Origin: Eledone cirrhosa
Taxonomy: Eukaryota
Length of the DNA: 64,000 nt
Direction: 5' to 3'
NCBI GenBank assembly: GCA_964016885.1
Contig: OZ024740.1
Span: 219,666,001-219,730,000 of the forward strand
Under the pieces are notes generated by a model. It worked only from the letters and a program-made list of their open reading frames with translations. It searched no databases and was not told the DNA's origin. Positions 10,884 to 24,544 of this stretch are shown piece by piece (within the stretch, counting starts at the first letter, position 1; the number at the start of each line of letters is the position of its first letter). Made by a program: the position numbers and the translations under genes.

Positions 10884-12210
10884 TCTTTGAGTCTCAGTCA
10901 TTGATGTTATTTAACTGGAAGTTTGTTGAAATGAATATCAAGCCGCTACCTGCGGCCTCAGATATTCAGGACGTATCGGAGGGTTCTTGCTGTTCCTAGC
11001 AAGCATGCCTTTTGAAGTGTTCCAAAAAGCGGGGCTGGACTAATCTTCTTTAACCATCCTTGGAAACTCTTTGAGATAGTACCTAGTGCACCTATGACAA
11101 TTGGGACGACCTTGACTTCATGGCAGTTCCAAATCCTTTTTACCTCCCACTTTAAGTCCTGGTATCGGTTAATTTTCTCCCTCTCCTTTTCTTGCAATCT
11201 CGTGTCTAATGGGCAGGCTACATCTACAATCAGGCACGATCTTTTTTCCTTGTCCAAAACCACCAGGTCAGGCCTATGTGTTCTAATTTCTTGTCCGTCT
11301 GTATCCTAAAATCACATAGCACCTTCACCTGATCGTTTTCTATCACCGACTCTGGCTTATGCTCAGACCACTTCTCAGAATGTGGTAAATTGTTTACTTT
11401 GCATAGGTGCCAGTGGATCACCCTGCCTATAACATCATGTCTCCAGCCTTTATAGTGAGTCTGGGCTGGGTGTTTACACTTGGATACAATGTGAGCCACA
11501 GTCTCCTCTCTCTCTCTCCACAGATCCTACACAGTGGGCTAGCCTCCTCCTTGTAAATATGGTGTTTCACCCACTTCGTTCTGAGAGCCTGCTCTTGCAC
11601 AGCCATTAGCATTCCTTCTGTAGCCTTTTTAAGGTCTCCTCTCTTTAACCAGTTCCATGTCTGTGGATCTCTAAATTCAGTTTTCTTAAAGAAGGTACTA
11701 TGAAGGGGTTTTTCATGAAGGTTGCTCTTCCTCCTTGTTGTTATTTCCTCCTTGGACATCCCCTGGTCTATTGTCTTCTCCTTCAGTACAATTTTGAGCA
11801 TTGGCTCCCTACTGTCAGTCACGTATTTGTGCAGGTTGTTTTTCTCCATCTGAACACAGTCCTCTATGCTGATAAGACCTCTTCCACCTTCAGATCTCTT
11901 TAAGTAGAGTCTATCGACATCACTCCTCTTGTGGAACATGTTGTAGATAGTCAATAGCTTCCTAGTCTTCCTATCCACTTCTTTTTGTTCAGCAACATTC
12001 CATTTCAAAATTCCCGCACTGTACCTAATAATAGACACAGCTCAGGAATTCACTGCACTTATGACATTCCTACTATTTAGATGTGATTTTAATACGCTCC
12101 TTATTCTCCTAATGAACTCAGATCTTATCAATTCCTTCATTTTTTTTGTTCTTGATGTCATCTGCCTCCAAAACACCTAAATATTTGTATCCTTCTTCAG
12201 TGTCAATTTC
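10884..12210 (-). mobile_element. R4/Dong-clade non-LTR retrotransposon, 5'-truncated, frameshifted
   Basis: ORFs 11427-12038, 11230-11499 and 10958-11263 give RLYLKRSEGGRGL, a CCHC finger (CRIC...HIVSKC) and a restriction-like endonuclease (PD..DVACP..KEREK..YQDL; LQKACLLGTAR). (TAA)n lies on both sides, the known Dong target. Confidence 0.85.
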
Positions 12211-12229
12211 ATTATTATTATTATTATAA

Positions 12230-12415
12230 TTGGCAGTATCGGTAGAGGGTCAGACGTCATGCTTTGACGCATAGAGTTACGGCCCTTTCCATTCTGAGTT
12301 CAAATCCCGCCAAGGTCAACTTTGCCTTTCATCCTTACGGGGTCGATAAAATAAAGTACCAGTAATGTACTGGGTAATTGCTGGCATTGTGCCAAAAGTA
12401 GAAACAATTATTATT
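12230..12415 (+). mobile_element. Nin/Deu-domain SINE
   Basis: Same family as 6163-6355. Confidence 0.85.
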
Positions 12416-12867
12416 ATTATATATACTATATATACATATTATTATTATTATATATACTATATATATATATCTTTACACAAGTATATATATAAAGATGTCC
12501 AACTGATACCAAGTTTTGCTCTATGAAAGAATTAACAGAGATCAATTTATTCAGAGAGTAATATAATCATATAAATATAGGAAATTAATTATTGAATTTC
12601 TTTATTACTTTAGAAAATGTTCCTTAAATATCTTGTATAACACTTCATATTAATTGTATCATCTTTTCTTTCTCTTCATTAACGAGATTCCTCCCTCTTT
12701 GAACAGTTTCAAAACTCACTACAACTCACTGACAGTTATTCTCCCACACTTGCTCACTTTTATTACCATTCTCTTACTGTCACTCACATTCTTTTGTTTG
12801 ACAGCCACCTACTTCCACACTATCCAGCAAATAAATACACATTACAAATTATTATATGTAGATTACT

Positions 12868-13150
12868 TCAGTAGAGAGTCGGACGCCATGCTTTGCAGAA
12901 TAGAGTTACGACCCTTTACGGTCTGAGTTCAAATCCCGCCGAGGTTAACTTTGCCTTTCATCCTTACGAGGTCGATAAAATAAAGCACCAGTAATGTACT
13001 GGGGTCGATTTAATCGACTTTCGCCTCCCCCCCAAATTACTGGCCTTGTGCCTATACTAGAAATCATTTTATGTAGATTACTATAAAATAAAGTACCAGT
13101 AATGTACTGTCTAATTGCTGGCCTTGTGCCAAAATTAGAAACAATTATAT
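12868..13150 (+). mobile_element. Nin/Deu-domain SINE with duplicated tail
   Basis: Family match. tatgtagattact occurs three times around it (about 12855, 13070, 13148). Confidence 0.8.
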
Positions 13151-16016
13151 GTAGATTACTATTGTTAACATTTTCTAAGACTGGGTCTTTGAATTGGCAC
13201 AGTCATTAGAACGTCACATAGATTGCTTGGGAGTATTTGATTTGGTTCTCTATTCTACGAGTTCAAATCTCATTGAGATCAACTTTGTCTTTCATCCATT
13301 GAAAGTCAATATAAAAAATACCAGTCTTGTACTAGGGTCAGCTCTTCCTCTGTATCACTTTCTCACTTCCATTCTCCTACTCTGTCTATCCTTCACTGGG
13401 AGAAATCTGCTGTATTCAGCCCTGGCCAAAAATTGGGTTCTGGCAGGTTTAAAGAAATTCCCTATAAATACCATATGTCAATACAGTTCCTCTACAACTC
13501 CCCCAGGAGTTACAAGACCATATATACATACATACACGTCACATAAATACCAATAACAGAGTTTTCCCTTTAAGCCTTCCTTTAATTAAATTGAGACTTT
13601 CTAGGAATTAAAAACAATGTTTTGCTGAGAAAGAAGTGAGAGGTGCCTACTGAGAGTGGCCTCTACATGGTTATTTGACTTGGTAGAAATAGCAAGCAAA
13701 TTTTTCTCAAATCACATACTACTATTTTAAAAAGGGAATAATACATCAGATGGAATGAAATGGATCACCATCAGTTTTGACAACTGTTTCAGTTGTTTGA
13801 TCAATGGAGAAACCTGCTTGTGAAATTAGCATGCAAGTGGCTGAGCATCCAAAGACAATTATAACATTAATGTAATTCATGACATATGTGACAAGTTTGG
13901 TCCTTTGAAGTCCATCCAATAGGCTTCAAAATAGTTTTCTGTTACTCAGTTTTACTCACAAAGCTTGGGTTAATGCAAGGCTATAGTAAGTGATTATTGC
14001 CCAAATGCCACACAAGAGGGTTGAACCTGGGATCTTATGATTGGGAAGCAAACTTCTTAACCATTTGGACATGCTGTGGCTTTAATATAAAAGCCAAGTC
14101 CAAGTATATTAAATAAAGAAGGAGTATGAAAGAGAGAGGCAATGCTTGGATGAGGTGAAGGAAAAGCTAGGTTTAAGAGGAATCTGATGTGGTGTGCAGG
14201 AGAGAAGACTGTGTTGGTCTGGACATATGATGCACATTATCGATGATTGATAGGTGAAGAGATGCCAGGAAATTCCAGTGGAGAGATGCCATGCTGAGAA
14301 GGACTCATCCAACCCTTTCAAGCATGGAAAAAATCGGATGTATAAATGATGATGATGATATGAAAGTAAAGCTAATTACTGTCTAAGCAACAGAGATAAA
14401 CTTAGACTCCGGGAAGTATCTTAGCTGATGTGATTGTTTGTACAGTAAATGATGACATGTGAACATAGAATATACATATGGTGAAGATGTTTGCTTCATA
14501 ATCACAAGATTCCTGGTTCAATTTCACTATGTGACATTTTGGGCAAGTGTCTTTTAGCATAGCTTTAGGTCGACCCAAACTTTGTGAGTGAATTTGAGTA
14601 GATGGAAACAATGTGAAAATCTGTCAAAGGGATTATACCTGTAATTTTCTGTTGCTGAATCTTCCTGTGAATTATATAAAAGATACACCCCTACAATACA
14701 GGATGGACTGCACCTGTTATTCAAATGTCCAGCTTTATCATACATTCTGACATGCTGAATCTCACTGAGAATTATGTTATGGGTACACATGGCTAAAGAG
14801 TACTCAAACCACTTACACTATTATACAAGATGGACTGTACCTGTAATTCAAGGGATCAGTTTTATAATACACTGAGTCTCTTTACATTAAATGTACACAT
14901 GACTGAGGAATACTCAGCCACTGATATTATAATTTTATAAGTATGTTGTTTGTTGGTCAGACAATAGGAACATTTAATGGAGAAACTAATGGAGGTCCAT
15001 TTACAATGATCACATCAGTTATCTCCTTTAGAGCCTTTATTTTTCTGGTCCCAACGTTGGACATGTATGCATGGTTTCATAGCTCCTGGGGGCATCTTTT
15101 AAAACCTGGCAGGAGCCATCTCCTTTACAGGTCTGAATAGAACCAATGTCTTCCAGAGAAGGATATAGAGAGTGAGGGAATGGAAGTTAGAAAGAGTTAT
15201 AATCAACCCCAGTATTAGACTGGTACTTTTTTTTTATTGGCCTCGAATGGATGAAAGGCAAAGTTGACCTCGGCGGGATCTGAAATCAGAGAGCAGAGAG
15301 CAAAAACAAATACCACAAAGCATTCTATCCAATGTTCTAATGACTCTGCCACTCCACCATCTTAATATTGGACAATATAATCTCAAATTCTCAAATACAT
15401 TGTCAAAAAAAAAAATGGGTGATTGTAGCTGGATCCCTTTGATCAGTGCCTATCAGTACTTCAGTCAAGAGCTAAGAAAGTCAATGAAGGACCCATGAAT
15501 ATCTGAGAATCCTTTGAATAAAGGCCCTCAGCTCCACTGAAATTTAAGATGAGCTCTGATGATAGAGAGGGCACAAAACAGTGTTGTTTCACCTCATAAA
15601 ATTCATCTCAAGGCCCCTGCCATTGGTGATAGGTATAGAATGGTCTCGATCGTAGATCTGTTCAATGAAGACTAATCTAGCTCTGAATAATATCAACTAT
15701 ATTTTATTTTCTCTTAACCTTTGTTGTACCAAACTATCTAATTGCCCATGGTTCTATGATACAAAACTGTTTTTTATCTGAAAATCTTCCATCATAATTG
15801 AATCTTTGTAATGTTTTGCTCCAAACACCGACTCAATAATGAAAAAATTAGTTATTTTATTAAATCTCTCTAAATTCTTATTTTCAAAACTATTTGAAAA
15901 TTATATCTCATAACTTTTATTAGAAACATGGTAGTGAAAGGATGAAAGGAAATATGTTTCTACTTTTTTTTCTTATATTCAATTTCTGTACAAAATTTCA
16001 TAATCTTTTCTTCCAG

Positions 16017-16224
16017 CTCTACATGCAGCCGCTCTCTCTGGTCACTCTTCTACTGTGAAACTTCTCCTGGAGAATCGTGCTCACATCAATGCAACAAATT
16101 TGATGAAACATACACCATTATTACGTGCCTGTGAGATGGGTCATACTGATGTTGTCCAGTGTCTGATAGAATGGGATGCTAGAGTGGATATGTTTGATCA
16201 AGATGGACATTCTCCCTTACATTG
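16017..16224 (+). CDS. INVS: Inversin-like ankyrin repeat protein, internal exon A
   Basis: Acceptor ttttcttccag|CT and donor TG|gtatct. Translates xLHAAALSGHSSTVKLLLENRAHINATNLMKHTPLLRACEMGHTDVVQCLIEWDARVDMFDQDGHSPLHW, which matches my recollection of vertebrate inversin (ALHAAALSGHVSTVKLLLEN...MKHTPLFRACEMGH...DQDGHSLLHW). Confidence 0.92.
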
Positions 16225-16289
16225 GTATCTTCTTTCAAATTCTTTTTGTTTTTTATTCTGACATATTGGCATTTGTTTTCCATATTATT

Positions 16290-17725
16290 ATATCTCAACT
16301 GGTCTTGTGTCATGCCTGTGTAAGAAATATCATGTTCTCAGAGCTGACTTAACTTTGTGTCTATATAAGTAATATGTTTCAGCAGGCCTTGTGTCTGTGT
16401 AAGAAATACGTTCTTAGAGCTGAACTAGCCTTGTAATATCATATTTCAACTGACCTTGTGTCTATGTAAGTAATACATGTTCTCAGAGCTGAACTATCTT
16501 TGTGTATATATTTAACTGGCTTTGCGTCTGTGTAAATAATATTATATTTCAACTGACCTTGTGTCTATGTAAGAAATATTATATTTTAACTGTCCTTGCA
16601 CATACTATATAAGTAATATCACATTTCAACTGGCCTTGCACCCACTATATACGTAATATCACATCTCAACTGGACTTGTGCCATGTCTATGTAAGGAATA
16701 CATTTTCTCAGAACTGAACTAGCTTTGTGTTGGTATAGGGTAAAGGGTAAATACCCCTTTTTATCATGAATGACCATGGGATTTGCACCTAGAAAGTTCC
16801 CCTCCGAGGCACAGGTTCAGGCCAGGTTGTTTGAGGAAGACCAGCAGTCACCCCTCTCCGTGCCCCACATGTTGTCCAAGGAAAAGGCAATGGCCAATAC
16901 TGCTTGACACTAACGACACTGCAACTCATTTCTACAACTGAGTAAACTGGAGCAACGTGAAATAAAGTGTCTTGCTCAAGAACACAATGCAACAAAGCCC
17001 GGTCTGTGAATCAAACTCACAACCTCTCAATTGCAAGTCCAATGCTCTAATCAATAAGCCATGCATCTAGAGTGCTGATATAAGAATATCATATTTCTAC
17101 TGGTCTTGCATCTGTGTAAGAAATACATTTTCTCAGAGCCTTTTGTCCTTATAAGTAATATTGTATTTTAACTGGCCATGAGTCTGTATAAATAATTGTT
17201 TCTACTTTAGGCACAAGGCCAGCAATTACCCAGTGCATTACTGGTACTTTATTTTATCGACCTCGTAAGGAGGAAAGGCAAAGTCAACCTCGGCGGGATT
17301 TGAACTCAGATCGTAAAGGGACATAATTATGCTGGAAAGCATGGCGTCCGACCCTCTACCGATACTGCCAATCCAATCAGAGATGAACTAGCCTTGTCTC
17401 TATGTAATAAATAATATATTTCAACTGGCCTTGCATCTATAGAAGTAAAATCTCATTTTATCTGGCCTTGTGTCGGTGTAAAACATAAGTTCTCAGAGCT
17501 GAAGTAGCTTTGTGTCTATGTAAGTAATATATTTTGAGTGGCCATAAGTCTATATAATTGATATCATGTTATCAGAGCTGAACTAGATTTGTGTTGGTAA
17601 AAGAAATATGTTTCAACTGGCTATGCATCTGTATAAGAAATATCATGTTTTAACTGGCCTTGTGTCTATATATCAGAGCTGACCTAGCTTTGTGTCTATA
17701 TACTTAATATTATACTTCAACTGAC
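16290..17725 (+). repeat. Degenerate ~35-40-bp minisatellite interrupted by two SINEs
   Basis: Recurrent tttcaactggccttgtgtctatgtaag(t/a)aatatcat and ctcagagctgaactagc units. Confidence 0.75.
16740..17065 (-). mobile_element. tRNA/CORE-like SINE with alternative tail
   Basis: Head and ttgagcaagacactttatttcacgttgctccag match the main SINE; the 3' region differs and ends in ttaccct repeats. Confidence 0.7.
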
Positions 17726-18989
17726 CTACATGCTTCAAATGGCCCTGTGCATCATCATGCCATCCTCATTTTTATATCTATTTCTCTGTGCTGCCATAGG
17801 TTGGATGAGGCATTTTGGAGGCAGATTCTCCACAGCTTAAATGTCCATCATGACACAAACCCATATTTTTATTTCTAAGTATAGTATATACCACTCATTT
17901 TCATTGTGCTACTAAGCTTCAGGAGGTATTGTTTATTGAGGAAATAAACAAACATTACCACTTGCCTCAAATGGTGTCCTTAAGAAAACACACAGACACA
18001 TACACATTCTCATACAAATATTTTGAAAATAACCAAACATTTGGAGGAATTTAATAAAATGAAGTTTTTCATTAGTAAGCTGATATTTAGAACATTTTTA
18101 AAGAAAAAATTATAAAATAGAATTATGTTGAAATTTAACATAAGGACAAACATTTTAGAATCAGCAGTTTTGTGTCATAAATCCAGGCAAGTTTCAAATG
18201 GGTCAGTTAACTATGGAGACAACACAATATCAATGTTATGGACTGTTTAACTACATATTACAGCATATCTGCACAGTCATTAAGCTTAGATTGTATGTAT
18301 GGACCCACATCTCCTGATGGAGTCATTGGGGTGCTACTGTAACATAAATCATGTCTTGGGCACATTAAACCTGGTGGTGCCCATCCTCCTTCCAAATCTA
18401 AGCACAACCAATTTCTTTCAGAGAAAGAGAGAGAGAGAAAAAGAGAGAGAGAGAGAGAAGATCAGACCCACTAGTGGACAGATACTGTTTTTTAATCAAC
18501 CCAAAAGGATAAAGGGTGTAGTTGATCTCAATTGAGTGCAAAGACCTGGAACACAATCTATCTGACATTCTAAAGACTCTGACAATTTGCTCACTGTTAA
18601 GCTTAGATTAAGAAATATAGTATATCTCCATTTATTAAAGTTTTAATATTTTACATAATGGTTTTGACAGAGAAGAGTTACACCTGGAGGCTCCCTTCAA
18701 TGACAGAGAACTAGGTATGATTAAAATGGCCTCCAGTACTAGAGAAGCTATGACATAGATTTAAGGTTAACATATATAGACAGATTGCCTACACACATAC
18801 AAGCACATGTATATATATATATATATATATATGTGTATGTTTGTATGCATGTGTGTATGTATGTGTAAGTGTGCTATTATATACATATGTGTCTGTTTGT
18901 TTAGATAGGATCAACTTGATTAAATAGTGGAAATATTTCTGAGATTACTGTATTATTTCTTAAAGAACTGTTTCAAAACTATATTGTAG

Positions 18990-19070
18990 GGCAGCTCTCG
19001 GAGGACATGCTAATATTTGCCAGATTCTTATAAGTTATGGCATTGAACCAAACAGCCAAGACCGCTTAGG
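18990..19070 (+). CDS. INVS: Inversin-like exon B
   Basis: tattgtag|G ... GG|gtatgt. Phase-2 join completes the Trp of exon A; AALGGHANICQILISYGIEPNSQDRLG (inversin as recalled: AALGGNADVCQILIENKINPNVQDYAG). Not in the ORF track. Confidence 0.9.
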
Positions 19071-19376
19071 GTATGTACTTGATTTCATTATAATTGAATT
19101 CTCAGGAATATTCAATATTAAATGCTAGTATCACAATTTTTATGCCATCTTTATTACTCTTGCATTTTATGATACATAGTTATATATAAACTGTGTTGAA
19201 TGAAAACAAACTAATATATAGATGTATATCATCATCATCACGTTGCTATTCCCACAGTAACATGGGTAGCATGGGACTTTTTGAGGCAATGTTTTACATG
19301 TTTTACAGCTGGATGACCTTCCAGACACCAATGTAATAAGTCATTTTTTACAATATATATATATATGATCATCATC

Positions 19377-19695
19377 ATTATTCATTTCATTTCATTTTTT
19401 TACGTCCGCTTTTCCCTGCTTGCAAGGGTAGGACGGGAACTGATTCTGGCATGATTTCTACAGCTGGATGCCCTTCCTAACACCAACCTCATTTACAGTG
19501 AGTGCTGGGTGCTTTTTTGCCGTGGCACCTCCACGACCACTTTGCAGTGGAATGATAGGGACCCCAGTAAACTGGAGCAATGTGAAATAAAGTGCCTTGC
19601 TCAAGGAAACAACACATCACCCGGTCTGAGAATTGAACTCACAACCTTTCAATTGCAAGGCCAATGCTCTAACCACTAAGCCATGTGCCTCCATG
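19377..19695 (-). mobile_element. SINE (main family)
   Basis: Head, body and RTE-type tail. Confidence 0.85.
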
Positions 19696-19973
19696 TATAT
19701 ATATATATACATATATATATTTCATCATATTCATATATATATTTCATCATATATATATGAAAAGATTCAGGACCCTGACGGCTGAGCTCAGGCCGTTTTG
19801 ACAGCTAGATCTAAACTAAAGTGCTAGTATTCCACACCCTATCTGATATATTCAATCTCGCCTCAAGTGGGACAAAACCGTCCAACCCATGCTAGCATGG
19901 AAGATGGACGTTAAAGGATTATGATGATGACGATCATCATCATCATCATCACCATCATATATATGTATATATT

Positions 19974-20778
19974 ATACATGGCAGTGAGACATGGGCATTA
20001 CGTGCAGAGGACCTGCGCAGACTGGAAAGGAACGAAGCATGCATGCTCCGTTGGATGTGTAATAGTAATATACGTGAACGGCAAAGCATAAATGAACTAA
20101 GTGAGAAATTAGGAATAAGCGGGATCAGATGCTGTTTACTTGAGAGAAGACTATGTTGGTATGGTCACGTGATGTGCATGAAAGACGAGAGCTGCATAAA
20201 AAAGTGCAGGGCAATCAAAATTGATGATAGTTATGGAGTAGGTAGACCCAGAAAAACCTGGGACGATTTGATAAATTCCGACCTTACACACTTGCACTTC
20301 TCTAAGACAATGTCACTGGACCGAGAGCTTTGGCACTACGCTGTAATACAGAAGACCCGCCTTGCCTATGTACAAAGTGAAACCTACAGTCAGTAGGCAC
20401 CTCTTAACCAAATATACACCCCAATCTACTACCCCTACCCTATCCTCCCACTCCCACCAGCACCACCCTCTCTCTGTAAAGTTGGTACCACAACATCCAG
20501 TCCAAATAAATGAGATCGAGATCGTGTAGGTGTCATGACAAAAAAAAAAAAACAGTCCACGCTGTAATGTGGCCGTGTAGGTAACACGGTAAAGTGTTCC
20601 CAGTTCCACACTGTAAATGTGGTCGTTGTTAGGAAGGGCATCCAGCCATAGAAAACCTGCCAGATAGTCCTATATGAGCGAGACACGGTCACCCGACCAA
20701 CCTTGCCTCAAGTGGGACAACTCTCGTCTAACCCATGCTAGCATGGAAGATGGACATTAAACGAAGATGATGATGATG

Positions 20779-20780
<2 letters not shown>
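19974..20780 (+). mobile_element. RTE LINE 3' fragment
   Basis: LHGSETWAL...MLRWMC...RRLCWYGHVM...GRPRKTW followed by the 3'UTR and (GAT)n. Confidence 0.85.
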
Positions 20781-20829
<49 letters not shown>

Positions 20830-21184
20830 TATATATATCATCATCATCATATATATATATATATATAATGCACAAATACCAAAGATGAAATATGAAGACA
20901 TTATTTATGCATGAGAAATTGTGGAATTACATTGAGCTTGAAACTTTATTGACATAACTCTTTTATTTACCTAAATATTTACTCTTCTGGTGTGTGTGTG
21001 TGTGTGAGTGTATCTGTGTGTGTGTGTGTGTGTGCTAATGTTTAGAGGATTATAAATATCAACAAATTGAAAGACTCAATAGTGGCAGCAGAGTAAAATT
21101 TGTTATACATCTTGGATTGACTGAGACTCAGAGTTTTGTTAATTCAGCCTACATGAATCAGCTACAGAAATTAAGCATAATATA

Positions 21185-21578
21185 GAGGCACATGGCTTAG
21201 TGGTTAGAGCATTGGCCTTGCAATCAAAAGGTTGTGAGTTCAATTCTCAAACCGGGTGATGTGTTGTTTCCTTGAGCAAAACACTTTATTTCACATTGCT
21301 CCAGTTTACTCAGCTGTAGAAATGAGATGATAGGGACTGGGGTCCATATCATTCCACTGCAAAGTGGGTGGTCGTGGAGGTGCCACGGCAAAACAGCACC
21401 CAGCCCACACTGTAAAGTGGACGTGTAGGCACCATGGAAAAAAAAGCACCCAGCACTTACTGTAAATGAGGTTGGTGTTAGGAAGGGCATCCAGCTGTAG
21501 AAATCAAGCCAGAATCAGTTCCCATCCCACCCTTGCAAGCAGGGAAAAGTGGACGTAAAATGATGATGATGATGATGA
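21185..21578 (+). mobile_element. SINE (main family), full length
   Basis: gaggcacatggcttagtggttagagc head through to gtggacgtaaaa(tga)n. Confidence 0.9.
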
Positions 21579-21587
21579 AAATAGGTG

Positions 21588-22220
21588 TATATACTATATG
21601 TTTATATACAATAAACTTAAGGGAGCCTTGATATCAAAGAAAAACTATTTTAGCAAATCTCCCTTATGTTTCTTGTTTAGAAACATGTAGTATATTGTTT
21701 CAAATACACCCCTATCATGCTTAACACTATCTTAATGCTACTGCCAATTAATTATAACCAGCCAAGTTTGCACTGTATGCAAATGAGCATTACCAGCTGA
21801 TGTTCATCATACAAAATCTATATAGGCTCTAGACCAGGCATATCAAACATGAGGGTCCTCCGAGAGCCACATGGGTTTCATATGTGGTATCTGAGGGCCA
21901 CACATGACAATTGCGCACATTTTATGAAGATAAGACATGCTTGTGCTGTAAAAACCTTTGTGTGGGCCGCAGGTGTGCTTGTAAAGGGCCGCATGCAGCT
22001 TTGGACTATTTCCATGTCAGTAGCAGTGGAGTGAATGTTAGTGATGAGGGATTAACGAATCTTGAAATAGCTGTCTGGCATTCTCAATGGCTACAGAGAT
22101 AACTCTGACATGTTCACAGAGCAAAAGAGAGGAAAAAAATTTTTTAAAAATGAAAAAAATATTTTTTTCTCTCATAGCGAGGCTTCCTTATGTTTATTGT
22201 ATATAAACATATAGTATATG
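21588..22220. mobile_element. MITE with ~40-bp TIRs containing a hAT-like fragment
   Basis: tatactatatgtttatatacaataaacttaagggagcct / aggcttccttatgtttattgtatataaacatatagtata. Internal caggcatatcaaac...gggccgc (about 21835-22000) resembles hAT-Charlie MITE ends. Confidence 0.55.
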
Positions 22221-22269
22221 CTTTCATATATACCCAGCATTTGAAGCACTATAGCTGGATAATTAAGAA

Positions 22270-22660
22270 GGAAATTAACATAGATGGGATGCATTTTATG
22301 TCTATGCCAAAATGGATATGTCTAATGCCCTTTTCCTAATGACACAACTACAGATGTACTTAGCAAAGAACAAGCTATTCCACCAATATGTCACACGGCC
22401 ACCCCATGTCATGCTATAAAAACCACATAAAACAGATGAAGAACACCAACATTGACCCTAAGTCTTGGGAACAACACATAGAAGACAGAACAGCATGGTG
22501 TCATCTTATCAAGATTGATGCAAAACAATTTGAGGAAAATCACTAGAGAACTAATGAGAATACAAAGCTGACCTCTACTGACCATTAGCTGTGACCTGTG
22601 TGGACAATTTTTTCTTTAAAAAATCAGCCTTGCCAGCCACCTGAGACACTGTCATGGAGA
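22270..22660 (+). mobile_element. Degraded RTE (BovB-like) 3' end
   Basis: Remnants IDPKSWEQ..EDRTAW and a C2H2-like CDLCG...LASHLRHC. Confidence 0.5.
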
Positions 22661-22774
22661 AGAAAATAGAAGAGATGGAAAAATATATATATTCATTCAA
22701 TGTCTAAGTGTTACTTAGACATTAGATAAATATTTACACTCAACTTTTTATTACATACGTCAATCATACACAGA

Positions 22775-22842
22775 TATACATATATATAATTATATGTATG
22801 TATATATATATATATATATATATACATATATTTATATATATG

Positions 22843-22874
<32 letters not shown>

Positions 22875-22900
22875 TATATACAGATATACATATATATAAA

Positions 22901-22978
<78 letters not shown>

Positions 22979-23035
22979 CACACATACATATATATATATA
23001 TATACACATACATACTTACATACATACATATATAT
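22775..23035. repeat. Compound (TA)/(TACA) microsatellite
   Basis: Direct inspection. Confidence 0.95.
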
Positions 23036-24544
23036 TGTGCTTATTCATAGGAACGAGTGTATTCATAAACTGAATAAAGAACTCTCTACTTTAAGAAGTA
23101 GTGTCAAATATATTTATTTATTGATTTATATATTCGCTTACAAATTTGTTTCAATCGTTATTGATTTCTTTGTAGCTAATGAGAAAAAACTTGTTAGTGA
23201 ATTAATAATATAGGATAAAAAGTAGAAAAGCAAAGAGAAAAAGAATGTAGAAATGCTATAGTGTGAAAATATGGGAATAGAATGAAGCTGAGGGTGGAGA
23301 TAAATTCGAAATCTATTGGTCAACTATAGATTTAAAATTGATGACTGAAAGTAAATTTGGAAAATCAAAAATAAAAAAATAAAAAAAATCTCCATTAAAT
23401 ATTTTATAATAGAAGTGTGTAGCTTTATGGTAAAGGTGTTGTACTTACAATCATATTGTTGTGGGTTTGATTCCTGGACTGGATTATGTGTTGTGTTCTT
23501 GAGCAAAACATTACATGTCACATTGCTCCAGTATATTCAGCTGAAAATGAGTGCCAGCAGTAGCGGGGGATTTAACTTTGCAATGGACTGGCACACTGTC
23601 CAGGGAGCATTTTTTTTATTCTTAGTTGCTTAATGCCATGGGAAACCAGGATAAACACCAGCCTGATGAGCTTCTGAGCTTGAGACAGACTTTAAACTTT
23701 GGGAATATTCTGTACAGCGACAAGTTTGTTTTCCACCTATGAAATTCAACAGTAGAATTATGTTTAAAATTTAATAGCAGTAATTGGAGAAATATCAGGT
23801 GTAACTGTTATTCTGATATAGATATATACATATATATATTATTGTTTATATTTGTTTCATTGATATCTAATACACACCTCATTAATATCATTTTTTATGT
23901 ATGTATTTTTTCATACTTGTATTAGCTAGAAGGGTCTTTTCCATTACATCTTTCCATTTGTTGTGTTCTTTTGTCATCTCTTTTCTGAAGTTCAGCATCA
24001 TGCAATCAGTTTTCACCATGTTTTCCGCTGCTTCCTTCCTCGTGTAACTCCTGGCACTTCTTTATCAAACTTTTGTCGTTTTTATGCATGACATGTCTAT
24101 ACTTTATCAATTATCTCTCTTGTACACAACTCCTGATTCCTCTTATATATAGTTTTTATTTCAACTCAACTGAACTTCATCATTCATACACATTCAGCAG
24201 AGTATGATAGCTTCATTTGTTTTGACCCTTCATATACCATCATCATCATTATCACCATTTTTATGTCCGTTTTTCCATGCTTGCATGGGTAGGATGGATC
24301 CTTTTCAACACAGCATCTCCCCATTTGCCACATTCCTTCATCATCTCCTCTCTGAGTCTCAGCGATTTGAAATCAGCTTTCACTACCTCTACTCAGGTCT
24401 TCCTTGTTCTAAATCTTCTGCAGCTTCACTCCATTGGGATTTCCTGGGATTTCTTCACCTATCAGTCATCATCCATGCTCATCACATGTCCGTACTAATG
24501 CAGTCTTCTCTCTTGCACACCACTTCATATTCCTCTTAAGACTT

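Noticed and set aside
16055-16261. Stand-alone 68-aa ankyrin ORF from the ORF track
   Set aside because: It is an internal exon. The true bounds are the splice sites at 16017 and 16224, and the C-terminal YLLSNSF... is intron read-through.
16290-17725. CRISPR-like regularly spaced repeats
   Set aside because: The units are degenerate and contiguous with no unique spacers, the context is a eukaryotic intron, and there are no cas genes.
22711-23213. Multiple YI/HT/CV-rich ORFs (also 36271-36607, 38858-39420, 53959-54588)
   Set aside because: They are artefacts of dinucleotide repeats that lack stop codons.
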